Positions 9,477 through 19,579 of a DNA stretch of 64,000 nucleotides are shown here, in pieces. Every line of letters starts with the position of its first letter. The first letter of the stretch is position 1. The position numbers and the translations under genes are program-made. The stretch spans positions 139,161 to 203,160 of the forward strand of contig JAKELU010000002.1 of NCBI GenBank assembly GCA_022760735.1, given 5' to 3'. The notes beneath the pieces are model-generated. The model saw only the letters and a program-made list of their open reading frames with translations. It did no database searches and was not told the DNA's origin. This DNA comes from Firmicutes bacterium FC7 (lineage in GTDB: Bacteria > Bacillota > Clostridia > Tissierellales > Tissierellaceae).

Positions 9477-10727
9477 CTACCTTTTTTCACCTATTAAATC
9501 TACATTAAGGGCCTTAATATAGATAAAGGTAATTATCCCAACTACTAATGCCATTACTAAAACCATGGCAGAGCCATAACCAAATCTAGTTTGTGAGAAC
9601 ATCACTTTATAGGCATATAGAGACAGGGATTCTGTAGAACCTCCAGGTCCTCCACCTGTAAGCACATAGATAAGGTCAAGAACTCTAAAAGCATCTAAGG
9701 TTCTAAAAAGGAGTGCTACAAATATGGACGGTTTCAAAAGAGGTAGAGTGATGTATCTGAATTGCTGCCATTTACTTGCTCCCTCAATAGCCGATGATTC
9801 ATACAAGCTATTTGGTATTACCTGTAGTCCTCCCAATAGAAGTAATGCCATATAAGGCGTTGTCTTCCATACATCTGCAATGATTATAGCCCATAGAGCA
9901 TTTTTCGATGAATTTAATAAAGCTGCTGGTGATGGGATAAATCCTAATGTGGTAAATATATTCGATATTATTCCGCTTGAACCATTGTATAGATAGCACC
10001 ACATTAAGGCCGCAACTGATGTTGGTATTGCCCATGGGATTAAAGAAAAGGTTCTAACAAGAGATCTACCCTTAAATGGTTTATTCATGATAAGTGCAAG
10101 AGCTAAGCCAAGTATTAACTCTGCAAATACTGAGATAATAGTAAATACCAATGTGAATTTAAGTGTGGAATGCACCCTAGTATCCGTCAAGATCTTAGCA
10201 AAATTAGCTCCACCCGAAAAATTCGATTTGATAATTGAGGTTTCAAACTCTGAGGCTACTGCCATTGTATCCTCTGGTGAGTAAAACTCATCCTCCATTT
10301 GGTATAGCTCCTCTAGTTTTTTTATGATTAGCTCTTGTCTTCCAATCAAAGCATTTTGCTTATCCTCACTAACTTGTACTACACCTCTTAAATCAGCAGT
10401 TGCTATTTCCTCTGCTATAAAATTCTCAAGTTCTATTAAGTCCATTTTAATTTCATCTATTTTACTTATAGTCGCGTCCTTCTGAACTAAATCTAAATCA
10501 ATATCCAAATAGTAATTAATATAGTCAATAGTCTCCTGATTCAATGCTATGTTTACATTGGACTTCATATACATATCATTTCTGGACTGGTCGTTTAACT
10601 GCATATCAAAGAAGGCATAGCGGAGGGTACCCATAATGGGTGCAATAGAAAATAAGATAATAAAGATTACAGCTGGTAAAACGAGTATATACCCGGCATT
10701 TTTATCCACCCATTTAGAAAATTTCAT
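9477..10727 (-). CDS. carbohydrate ABC transporter permease (MalF/UgpA-like) with a ~120-aa extracytoplasmic insertion after TM1
   Basis: ABC-2 permease fold. A long polar loop DMQLNDQSRN...VSEDKQNALIG lies between the first two TM helices. Confidence 0.8.
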   Translation of the reverse strand: MKFSKWVDKNAGYILVLPAVIFIILFSIAPIMGTLRYAFFDMQLNDQSRNDMYMKSNVNIALNQETIDYINYYLDIDLDLVQKDATISKIDEIKMDLIELENFIAEEIATADLRGVVQVSEDKQNALIGRQELIIKKLEELYQMEDEFYSPEDTMAVASEFETSIIKSNFSGGANFAKILTDTRVHSTLKFTLVFTIISVFAELILGLALALIMNKPFKGRSLVRTFSLIPWAIPTSVAALMWCYLYNGSSGIISNIFTTLGFIPSPAALLNSSKNALWAIIIADVWKTTPYMALLLLGGLQVIPNSLYESSAIEGASKWQQFRYITLPLLKPSIFVALLFRTLDAFRVLDLIYVLTGGGPGGSTESLSLYAYKVMFSQTRFGYGSAMVLVMALVVGIITFIYIKALNVDLIGEKR

Positions 10728-10793
10728 AAAAACCTCCTATTAAAATGTTAGCTTTGAACTAAGTCAAAGCTAACATTTATAAGTATTATTTTT

Positions 10794-12077
10794 TTATTCA
10801 GCTAGGGCTTCCTGAATTCCAGCTACAGCATCTTCTAGAGAGCTGTTACCTGATAGATATTCATGAGCACTTATTTGAATCTTGTCACTAACTTCTGAGT
10901 AGTTTGGCACTACTGGTCTTGATATTGTATTTGATAAAGCTTTTTGGAAGCCTTCATCTGTTAACAATTGATTAGCTGCTAAAACTTCCTCATCTTCTAA
11001 TAGTGCATTAAAGCCAGGTAAATAACTACCATGAATTGCATTAATCTTTTGCCCCTCAGGACCAGCTATAAATGTTAAGAATTCCTTTGCACCTTCTGGA
11101 TTCTTAGAGTTAGCATTTATACCAAGAATCCATCCACCAACAGTTCCTCCCTTTGGTAGTGGTGCATAGCCAATTTGGTCAATCTTAACTGGATGCTCGC
11201 CTGACTGTAACATTCCATTTACATAAGGCCAGTTTCTAGCAAATACTGCTTCACCATTTAATAAAGCATTGTGAGTTTCACCTTCAGTATAGTTTAAGAT
11301 ATCCTCTGGCGTTAATCCCTTATCCATCATTTCTTTCATGACCTTCAATCCGCCTTCGATGTCAGTCCAGTTGCCAGTGAATTCGTTTAGATTACATGTT
11401 AAACCTTCATATTGTTTTGACTGATATACAAATGCATATTTTGTTCCCTGTTGACCTTTGTATTTTTCACCCATTGCAATCAAGTCAGCATAAGTATAAT
11501 CTCCTGATCTAAGTTTTGCTGCATCCTCAGCTGAAACTATATCAGATCTAAAATAGATAAATCCTAAGTCAGGGAAATATGGTAATACATAGTTCTTACC
11601 TTTGTATTTACCTGAATCCATGGAGCCTGCATTAAAATCAGTTGGCTTCCAACCTTTTTCCATCAATAATTGATCAATTGGTTCTAAGTATCCAGCGGCT
11701 GCAAATTCTCCTGCCCATACTACGTCCATAGAAATAACATCATATTCACCACTTTGTGAAGATAGTGAATTTAATAGTTGGTCGTGCATTTGACCTGAAT
11801 CATTAGTCATAATAGTTGCTTTTACCTCATACTTTTCACTTTGCGCATTGAAAGCCTCAACAATTTTTTCTAGTGCAGGTGTTGAGTCTGCCTGAACTGC
11901 AAAGTTTATAATTGTTTTAGCTGGTGGTTCAGGTTCTTTTGGTGTCTCTGGCACTTCAGGCTGTGTAACATCTGCTGGCTCCTCAGTAGCTACCGGTGTA
12001 TCTGTCTGACTGCTACCACATGCTGCTAGACTTATTGTTAATGCTACAATAAGTAATACAGTTAAAAACCTTTTCAT
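10794..12077 (-). CDS. extracellular solute-binding lipoprotein of the sugar ABC transporter
   Basis: Lipoprotein signal peptide LTISLAACGSS. The start is set to MKRFL because GAGGGGG lies 9 nt upstream. M1 of the track ORF abuts that SD. Confidence 0.8.
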   Translation of the reverse strand: MKRFLTVLLIVALTISLAACGSSQTDTPVATEEPADVTQPEVPETPKEPEPPAKTIINFAVQADSTPALEKIVEAFNAQSEKYEVKATIMTNDSGQMHDQLLNSLSSQSGEYDVISMDVVWAGEFAAAGYLEPIDQLLMEKGWKPTDFNAGSMDSGKYKGKNYVLPYFPDLGFIYFRSDIVSAEDAAKLRSGDYTYADLIAMGEKYKGQQGTKYAFVYQSKQYEGLTCNLNEFTGNWTDIEGGLKVMKEMMDKGLTPEDILNYTEGETHNALLNGEAVFARNWPYVNGMLQSGEHPVKIDQIGYAPLPKGGTVGGWILGINANSKNPEGAKEFLTFIAGPEGQKINAIHGSYLPGFNALLEDEEVLAANQLLTDEGFQKALSNTISRPVVPNYSEVSDKIQISAHEYLSGNSSLEDAVAGIQEALAE

Positions 12078-12144
12078 GTTAAACATCCCCCTCTTTTTTA
12101 TTGAATTCAGCTAATAACGAGATACTTAGTAGGTCCAATTTTTA

Positions 12145-12158
12145 TGCATACGTTTGCA
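12145..12158. promoter_or_regulatory. LacI-family/cre-like palindromic operator TGCATACGTTTGCA upstream of the ABC-phosphorylase operon
   Basis: Matches the TGNAANCGNTTNCA class. Confidence 0.5.
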
Positions 12159-12226
12159 CGCTGTAATATAATTATATCATTAATAATTTTTATTATCAAT
12201 GATACAATTTCCTAATATTAACTTTT

Positions 12227-14599
12227 TTATTTTATGCCCCATATATCAATGGCATATTCCTTAATAGTCCTGTCTGAACTGAACTTTCCAGCATTAGCAA
12301 TATTCATCCAGCACTTTTTAGCCCAGTTGATTCTTTCCTTATATGCATCATTTATAGCCTGTTGAGCCTCTCTATAGCTATCAAAATCTTTCAATAGAAA
12401 ATAGTTGTCAGGTCTATGCCAGCTTGCCCCCTTCAATAAAGAGTTATAAAGCTCTAAATATGCCCCTGTACCATTATCATCAAAGGTTCCATTTACTAAT
12501 GAATCCACTACTCTTTTTAGACCAGGGACAGTATTGTAGTAATCATATGGATTATATATTGATTCGATTTGAGCTATATCTTCTACTTTCAATCCAAATA
12601 TGAAATTATTCTCCTCACCTGCCTCCCGAACAATTTCAACGTTGGCACCATCAAAAGTTCCTAAAGTAGGAGCTCCATTTAGCATAAATTTCATATTACC
12701 AGTACCAGATGCTTCCTTTCCAGCAGTTGATATCTGCTCTGATACATCTGCTGCTGGAATAATCCTTTCAGCATAAGAAACTCTATAATTCTCCACAAAA
12801 ACTACCTTTATTTTATCCTTCACATCTGAGTCATTGTTAATTAACTTACTTATATCATTTATGAATTTAATAATGGCTTTCGCTCTAAAATATCCTGGCG
12901 CTGCCTTTGCACCAAAGATAAAAGTCCTAGGATAAATATCCATCTGTGGATTTTCCTTTAATCTATAGTAAAGGTCAAGTATGTGGAATGCATTTAGTAA
13001 TTGCCTTTTGTATTCATGCAATCTCTTAATTTGTACATCATAGATTGAATTAGGATCTATTCTAATCCCTTCATGTTTAAGTATATAATCAGAAAGCTGA
13101 TTCTTTTTAATCTGTTTTATTATTAAGAATCTTCGAAGTACTTGTTCATCACATACAAATTTTTCAAGACCTTTCAATTTACTCAAATCCATAATCCAGC
13201 TGTCTGATTCTAGCAATTCGGTAATTAGATTAGATAATTCAGGATTACATTGTAATAGCCATCTTCTTTGAGTAATTCCATTTGTTTTGTTGTTAAATCT
13301 TTCAGGATACAATCTGTACCATTGATTCAACTCTCGGCTCTTTAGCAAATCTGAGTGAAGCTCTGCGACTCCGTTAATTGACTTTGAGCCGTATATTGCT
13401 AAGTGAGCCATCTTGATAGAATCATTGTGTATTATTTCATAGTGGGATTTGAATTTTGAAATGCCTTTTTCTTCTAGTTCATTCATTAACCGAGAATTAA
13501 TTTCTTCTATTATATTGTATATATCAGGCAACAGTTTTTTGTATAGATTGACTGGCCATTGCTCCAAAGCCTCGACTAATAGAGTATGATTTGTATAGGC
13601 GAAGGTATTTACTACAATCTTCCACGCCTCTTCCCAACTTAAATATTCAATCTTTGTAAGTATTCTCATAAGCTCTGGAATGGCAACGGCAGGGTGTGTA
13701 TCGTTTAGTTGTATGGCATGAAGTTCTGCAAAATTATTAAAATTAAAGTGGCTCTTTTTATGTTTTCTAACTATATCTTGCAAGGAAGCTGATACAAAGA
13801 AATACTGTTGTTTTAGCCTTAGTAGCTTACCTTCGTCTGTTGAATCGTTTGGATATAAGACCTTTACTATATTTTCCGCATAATTTTTTTCTTTAACAGC
13901 TAAATCATAGTTCTGATCATTAAATTCTTTAAAATTAAACTCTTCTAGGGGTTCGGCTTTCCACAGTCTAAGTGTATTAATTGTATTGGATTTATACCCT
14001 ACGATTGGCATATCATATGGGACAGCATATATATCTAAACCTTGAAAATGTACTATAACCTTCTCATCTTCTTTTCTAATAGACCAAGGATCTCCGTACT
14101 TTAACCAATTGTCTGCAAGCTCAACCTGAAATCCATCAACAAATTTTTGTTTAAATATGCCATAATCATATCTTATTCCATATCCAGTCAGTGGATAATT
14201 TAAGGTGGCAGCAGAATCTAAGAAACATGCTGCAAGTCTTCCAAGACCCCCATTACCAAGAGCCGCATCTTCCTCAGCTTCTTCTATATCATTATAGTTA
14301 ATCCCTATTTCTGTCAATATAGACTCCACTTCATTCTTAATATTTAAGTTTATTAAATTGTTTGAAAGAGCTCTTCCCATTAGAAATTCACAGGATAGAT
14401 AGTATGCTCTCTTTTTATTTTCAAATCTTTTCTCTGAATCTTTCCATAGGGGTACTATATATTCCATTAATGCTTTTGCTAAAGATATATGCTTTTCATT
14501 TATATTACATTCATCAATATTTTTGCCAAAGGAAGTCAATGCATAGCCTTTCATTCTCTCTTTAATTAGGCACTTACCTTTCAAAAGCCTACCTCCCAT
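12227..14599 (-). CDS. glgP: alpha-1,4-glucan (glycogen/maltodextrin) phosphorylase, GT35
   Basis: 790 aa with GT35 hallmarks including a PLP-site region. Confidence 0.85.
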   Translation of the reverse strand: MGGRLLKGKCLIKERMKGYALTSFGKNIDECNINEKHISLAKALMEYIVPLWKDSEKRFENKKRAYYLSCEFLMGRALSNNLINLNIKNEVESILTEIGINYNDIEEAEEDAALGNGGLGRLAACFLDSAATLNYPLTGYGIRYDYGIFKQKFVDGFQVELADNWLKYGDPWSIRKEDEKVIVHFQGLDIYAVPYDMPIVGYKSNTINTLRLWKAEPLEEFNFKEFNDQNYDLAVKEKNYAENIVKVLYPNDSTDEGKLLRLKQQYFFVSASLQDIVRKHKKSHFNFNNFAELHAIQLNDTHPAVAIPELMRILTKIEYLSWEEAWKIVVNTFAYTNHTLLVEALEQWPVNLYKKLLPDIYNIIEEINSRLMNELEEKGISKFKSHYEIIHNDSIKMAHLAIYGSKSINGVAELHSDLLKSRELNQWYRLYPERFNNKTNGITQRRWLLQCNPELSNLITELLESDSWIMDLSKLKGLEKFVCDEQVLRRFLIIKQIKKNQLSDYILKHEGIRIDPNSIYDVQIKRLHEYKRQLLNAFHILDLYYRLKENPQMDIYPRTFIFGAKAAPGYFRAKAIIKFINDISKLINNDSDVKDKIKVVFVENYRVSYAERIIPAADVSEQISTAGKEASGTGNMKFMLNGAPTLGTFDGANVEIVREAGEENNFIFGLKVEDIAQIESIYNPYDYYNTVPGLKRVVDSLVNGTFDDNGTGAYLELYNSLLKGASWHRPDNYFLLKDFDSYREAQQAINDAYKERINWAKKCWMNIANAGKFSSDRTIKEYAIDIWGIK

Positions 14600-16082
14600 A
14601 CGTAATCGTTATATCAGCTATTTTTTCTGCAAGTTCATCAGTCAAATTAGCTTTATCTATTCTCCATTTCCAATTTTTCCCGATGGTAGATGGCTCATTC
14701 ATTCTAGTTTCTTCACCTGTTCCCAAAAAGTCCTGCATTTGTGCTATAGCTAAATATGCTGTTGAGCTCCAAATTCCTTTTACAAATCCCCAATTATAGC
14801 CCTCTTCTTCATTTAACCTTAAATATTTTACTGCATAATCACGGGCATCCTTTGAAGCTTTTTCAAGCCACTCCATAACCGGTTGATTATCATGAGTACC
14901 TATATAAGTAACACAATTCTTATCATAATTGTGAGGCAAAAATTGACTATCTTCTTCTGACTCAAAGGCAAATTGCAATATTTTCATATTAGGAAATCCA
15001 GTTTGTCTTATTAACTCTCCAACACTTTCTGTATAAAACCCTAGATCTTCAGCTATAATGTCAAGCTCCCCAAGCTCTTCTTTAATTCTATTAAATAGCT
15101 TAATACCAGGCCCTTTTACCCAACGTCCATATTGGGCAGTTTTATCTCCATATTTTACTTCCCAATACGCATCGAATCCTCTAAAATGATCTATTCTAAG
15201 GGTATCAAAGAGCCTGAAGCTATGCCTAATTCTTTCAATCCACCAACTATATCCTGTCGACTCTAAATATGACCAATCGTAAATTGGATTACCCCAAAGC
15301 TGCCCGGTTTCCGTAAATTTATCTGGTGGACATCCTGCAATAGTTATAGGCATTAGATTATGGTCTAAATTGAAGATTTTAGGATTAGACCAAGCATCAA
15401 CACTGTCCTCTGCTACATAAATAGGCAAATCTCCTATTATCTTTATCCCTTTTTCATTTGCATAGTGTTTTAAACACTCCCACTGTTTGAAAAAGAAGTA
15501 TTGTGTAAATACCCAAAAGTTCATGGTATCTTTATTTTTAGATTCAAAATTATGTACAGCATCTGAATTGTAATATCTATATTCCATTGGCCATTCTAGC
15601 CATGAAATACTATTAAAGCTCTCTTTTATTGCCATAAATAGGGCAAAGTCTCTAAGCCAAGCCCTTTCTTCTTCATAGAATTTTTCAAGCTTATCTGATA
15701 AAATTTCCTTAGAATTGTTGTAAGCTTCTCTCAATAATGCCATCTTGTTATAATATAGCTTTGCATAATCAATAGATGTATTACAAAGACCTAAATCTGT
15801 ATTTTGTACCTTATCTATTGACAAATACCCCGCTTCAATTAATTCGTCTAAATCTATAAAATAAGGATTTCCTGCAAAGGCAGAGAAGCTTGAGTACGGG
15901 GAATCACCATAACTGGTTATGCCTAAAGGTAGGATCTGCCAATATTTTTGTTTTGCTTTTACTAAGAAATCAACAAAGTTATATGCTTCTTTTCCAAAGT
16001 CCCCAATTCCATAAGTTCCAGGTAAAGAAGATATATGCATTAAAATACCACTTGCTCTTTCTCTCAAATGATTCACCCCCAA
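14589..16082 (-). CDS. malQ: 4-alpha-glucanotransferase (amylomaltase, GH77)
   Basis: 497-aa GH77-like product ...GILMHISSLPGTYGIGDFG... Confidence 0.85.
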   Translation of the reverse strand: MGVNHLRERASGILMHISSLPGTYGIGDFGKEAYNFVDFLVKAKQKYWQILPLGITSYGDSPYSSFSAFAGNPYFIDLDELIEAGYLSIDKVQNTDLGLCNTSIDYAKLYYNKMALLREAYNNSKEILSDKLEKFYEEERAWLRDFALFMAIKESFNSISWLEWPMEYRYYNSDAVHNFESKNKDTMNFWVFTQYFFFKQWECLKHYANEKGIKIIGDLPIYVAEDSVDAWSNPKIFNLDHNLMPITIAGCPPDKFTETGQLWGNPIYDWSYLESTGYSWWIERIRHSFRLFDTLRIDHFRGFDAYWEVKYGDKTAQYGRWVKGPGIKLFNRIKEELGELDIIAEDLGFYTESVGELIRQTGFPNMKILQFAFESEEDSQFLPHNYDKNCVTYIGTHDNQPVMEWLEKASKDARDYAVKYLRLNEEEGYNWGFVKGIWSSTAYLAIAQMQDFLGTGEETRMNEPSTIGKNWKWRIDKANLTDELAEKIADITITYGR

Positions 16083-16099
16083 AATTATAATATAATTTA

Positions 16100-16113
16100 T
16101 GCAATCGTTTGTA
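16100..16113. promoter_or_regulatory. second cre/LacI-like operator TGCAATCGTTTGTA upstream of malQ
   Basis: Matches TGNAANCGNTTNCA at 12 of 14 positions. Confidence 0.4.
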
Positions 16114-16157
16114 TATATATATTATATCATACCCCTTAAAGTAAAATGAACAACAAA

Positions 16158-16203
16158 AAAAGCAATAAGGCAAAAAGAGATTCACTTTTTGCCTTATTGC
16201 TTT
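16158..16203 (-). terminator. intrinsic terminator of the liv operon
   Basis: 17-bp stem AAGCAATAAGGCAAAAA/TTTTTGCCTTATTGCTT overlapping the livF stop, then TTTTTTTGTTGTTC on the minus strand. Confidence 0.7.
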
Positions 16204-16906
16204 ATCCTTCTAGATATGCTCTTCTTACATTTTCGTCCTTTAATAAGTCCCTTGCATTTCCTTCTAATTCAATTTCACCTGTTCTAATTATATATGCTCT
16301 GTCAGCTAATTTTAGAGCCATATTTGCATTCTGTTCAACAAGCAAAACAGTGGTTCCAAGTTTATTTATATCTTTAATTATTTCAAAGATTTCATTTACT
16401 ATGATTGGCGCCAGACCCATAGAAGGTTCATCTAGTAATATAAGCTTAGGCCTAGACATTAGCCCTCTAGCTATTGCTAGCATCTGCTGCTCTCCACCTG
16501 AAAGAGTTCCTGCCATTTGTTCCTTTCTTTCCTCAAGTCTTGGGAAAAGATTGAACATTTTCTTAATATCCTCTTTTATGGAGCCCTTATCATTTCTTGT
16601 ATATGCTCCCATTTCTAGGTTTTCCATAACACTCATTTTAGCAAATACTCTTCTACCTTCAGGAACATGTGCCATTCCTAGTTTAACTATATCTGGTGCA
16701 CTTAGTTGATTTATGTTTTTTCCCTCTAATAGAATTTCACCACTTTTTGGCTTAAGCATTCCAGAGATAGTCTTCAGAGTAGTACTTTTGCCTGCACCAT
16801 TTGCACCTATAAGGGTTACTATCTCACCATCATTGATTTTTAAATTGATGCTTTTTAGGGCATGGATAGCTCCATAATAAACATTTAAGTTTTTTAATTC
16901 TAACAT
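16202..16906 (-). CDS. livF: branched-chain amino acid ABC transporter ATP-binding protein
   Basis: Walker A GANGAGKST, signature LSGGEQQML and Walker B. Confidence 0.85.
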   Translation of the reverse strand: MLELKNLNVYYGAIHALKSINLKINDGEIVTLIGANGAGKSTTLKTISGMLKPKSGEILLEGKNINQLSAPDIVKLGMAHVPEGRRVFAKMSVMENLEMGAYTRNDKGSIKEDIKKMFNLFPRLEERKEQMAGTLSGGEQQMLAIARGLMSRPKLILLDEPSMGLAPIIVNEIFEIIKDINKLGTTVLLVEQNANMALKLADRAYIIRTGEIELEGNARDLLKDENVRRAYLEG

Positions 16907-17682
16907 TAATTTGCCTCCTCCCCTAAATAAGCTTTTATTACCCTCGGATTATTTCGTATTTCTTCAGGTAAGCCACTTGCAATTAGATGACCATAATCAA
17001 ATACAAATAACCTTTCACATATATTCATTACTAATGACATATCGTGTTCTATTAATATAATAGTAAGGTCAAACTGCTCTCTTATCCATTTTATTAATTC
17101 GGTAAGTTCTGCAGTTTCTTTTGGGTTCATTCCTGCTGCTGGTTCATCAAGAAGCAATAACTTTGGTTCTGCAGCTAGTGCTCTGGCAATTTCAAGCCTT
17201 CTCTGATCTCCGTAGGAAAGGTTCCTTGCATAGGAATCTTTTTTATCTAATAAATCAAACTTATCTAAAAGCTTTATAGCTTTTTCATAAGTATTTCTTT
17301 CACTTTTATAATACTGAGGCAATCTAAATAAGGAAGATGCCACAGAATATTTTAATCCATTATGAAATCCAATTAGGACATTCTCCACAACAGTCATATT
17401 TTGAAATAATCTAATGTTTTGGAAGGTTCTTGCTACGCCATAATGGGTCATCTTATAAGGTTTAAAATCCTTAGATGAAACTTTTATATTTAAATCATAC
17501 TCTATTTCTCCTGATGTAGGCTGATAAATTCCAGTTAGTAGATTAAAGAATGTAGTCTTACCTGCACCATTCGGGCCAATCAAACCTATAATTTCTCCCT
17601 TTTCAACATTCAAGCTTACATCTGTAACAGCCTTGATACCACCGAAGGCCTTTGATAAGTTACTAACTTTTAGCACTGACAT
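16906..17682 (-). CDS. livG: branched-chain amino acid ABC transporter ATP-binding protein
   Basis: GPNGAGKTT and LSYGDQRRLEIARAL motifs. Its stop overlaps the livF start. Confidence 0.85.
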   Translation of the reverse strand: MSVLKVSNLSKAFGGIKAVTDVSLNVEKGEIIGLIGPNGAGKTTFFNLLTGIYQPTSGEIEYDLNIKVSSKDFKPYKMTHYGVARTFQNIRLFQNMTVVENVLIGFHNGLKYSVASSLFRLPQYYKSERNTYEKAIKLLDKFDLLDKKDSYARNLSYGDQRRLEIARALAAEPKLLLLDEPAAGMNPKETAELTELIKWIREQFDLTIILIEHDMSLVMNICERLFVFDYGHLIASGLPEEIRNNPRVIKAYLGEEAN

Positions 17683-18613
17683 ATTTTTTGGCCTCCTTTT
17701 TCTTTAAGAATTTTATTTCTGTTTTTCCCATTAAACCTGATGGTCTATATAACATAATCAAGAATAAAATTACTGCGTAAATAACCATTCTTAAGTTTCC
17801 AATACTTTGAAGGAATGTAGAAATTACCGTTAATGCAATAGCACCAACAATTGAACCAGGTATACTACCCATTCCTCCAAATACCACTATTACCAATATG
17901 TCTATTGATTTCATAAAACCGAAGGAGTCTGGTTTTATAAAGTAAAAGTAATTCGCATATAATGCACCGGCAATTCCTGCAAAGAAGGCTCCTATTGCAA
18001 AAGCTAATACCTTATAGAAGGTAGTATTAATTCCCATAGCCTCCGCTGCTATCTCATTTTCTCTAATAGATATACAAGCCCTTCCATGATATGAATTTAT
18101 AAAGTTAGTTATTAAAACAATGGTTAAAACGACCATTGAATAAATCCAAGTCCAATTTGTATACTGTGGTATATCATTAAATCCAATAGCTCCACCTATA
18201 TAGTCTGTATTTAGGGCTAAAATTCTAATTATTTCTCCAAAACCTAAAGTTGCAATAGCAAGGTAATCACCTTTTAGTCTTAAGGTTGGAATACCAATGA
18301 GCACCCCAGCTATAGCCGCCATAAGTCCAGCTGCAATTATCCCTACTATAAAAGGTAAATTTAATTTAGCTGTTATAACTGCAGATGTATATGCTCCAAT
18401 AGCCATAAATGCTGCATGACCTAATGTAAACTGGCCTGTAAATCCTGTTATCAAGTTCAGGCTAACAGCTAATATTATATTGATTCCAATTACCATTATA
18501 TTTAATTGTAGGTAGGAGTCGATTAATCCAACATCTATTAAAATTTTCCCTAGTAGATATATTGCTATTATTGCAATGGTCATAATAATATGTCTTTTAT
18601 TAAAAGATTTCAT
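17663..18613 (-). CDS. livM: branched-chain amino acid ABC permease
   Basis: Polytopic LivM-like permease. Confidence 0.8.
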   Translation of the reverse strand: MKSFNKRHIIMTIAIIAIYLLGKILIDVGLIDSYLQLNIMVIGINIILAVSLNLITGFTGQFTLGHAAFMAIGAYTSAVITAKLNLPFIVGIIAAGLMAAIAGVLIGIPTLRLKGDYLAIATLGFGEIIRILALNTDYIGGAIGFNDIPQYTNWTWIYSMVVLTIVLITNFINSYHGRACISIRENEIAAEAMGINTTFYKVLAFAIGAFFAGIAGALYANYFYFIKPDSFGFMKSIDILVIVVFGGMGSIPGSIVGAIALTVISTFLQSIGNLRMVIYAVILFLIMLYRPSGLMGKTEIKFLKKKEAKKYVSAKS

Positions 18614-18627
18614 TTCCTCGCCTCCTC

Positions 18628-19512
18628 CTATACCTTTTCCTTGATGTTCTTGCCTAATAGTCCAGCAGGCTTAACCAATAATATTAAGATTAATATTGCA
18701 AAGGCCACCGCATCTTTATAGACTGAACCACCATAAGCACTAACTATAGTTTCAACTAACCCAAGGAAAAAGCCTCCAAATACTGCGCCTGGTATTAAAC
18801 CTATTCCTCCTAATACTGCTGCTACGAATGCCTTTAATCCAGGACCAGAACCCATTAGTGGATCTACAGTATTGTAGTAAATACCAACTAATACTCCAGC
18901 TGCTCCTGCTAATGCAGAACCTATTGCAAAAGTATATGAAATAACCTTGTTTACATTTACCCCCATAAACTCTGCCGCCTCTTTATCTAAAGCCACAGCT
19001 CTCATGGCCTTACCAATTTTTGTTCTATGAACTACATATTGTAATGCAATCATTAGTATTATTGTGATTACAAGTATATAAATATTTTTTGTATCTAAAA
19101 TAACACTTCCATCGAAGAAAGTTATTCTATTGCTCTCTAGTACATTAGGAAAAGTTCTTGTTTCTGGTCCTATGAAATATACCATTATATATTGTAGGAA
19201 TAGAGATACACTTATAGCTGTTATTAAAAGTGATATTCTAGAAGAATTTCTAAGCGGTTTATAAGCTATTTTCTCAACAACCATTCCCAATATACTACAA
19301 GCTACCATTGAAGCAATCAATGATGGAATAAAACCTAAGCCTAGAAAGGTAGTTAAGGCATATCCCACGAAAGCTCCCATCATGTAAATATCCCCATGAG
19401 CAAAGTTTATTAAGTTGATAATTCCATAGACCATGGTGTAACCTAATGCTATTAGCGCATATATACTTCCTAGGGACACCCCATTTATAAGTTGTTGTAT
19501 AATTTGTTCCAT
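18628..19512 (-). CDS. livH: branched-chain amino acid ABC permease
   Basis: LivH-like permease. Confidence 0.8.
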   Translation of the reverse strand: MEQIIQQLINGVSLGSIYALIALGYTMVYGIINLINFAHGDIYMMGAFVGYALTTFLGLGFIPSLIASMVACSILGMVVEKIAYKPLRNSSRISLLITAISVSLFLQYIMVYFIGPETRTFPNVLESNRITFFDGSVILDTKNIYILVITIILMIALQYVVHRTKIGKAMRAVALDKEAAEFMGVNVNKVISYTFAIGSALAGAAGVLVGIYYNTVDPLMGSGPGLKAFVAAVLGGIGLIPGAVFGGFFLGLVETIVSAYGGSVYKDAVAFAILILILLVKPAGLLGKNIKEKV

Positions 19513-19579
19513 TGATTCATAACATCCTTTCTATGCTAACAATATCTTTAGAGGCTTGAGCCTCTAAAGATGTATATTT

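Noticed and set aside
16146-16709. 187-aa plus-strand ORF
   Set aside because: It lies entirely antisense to livF, which has clear ABC motifs. No SD or family resemblance.
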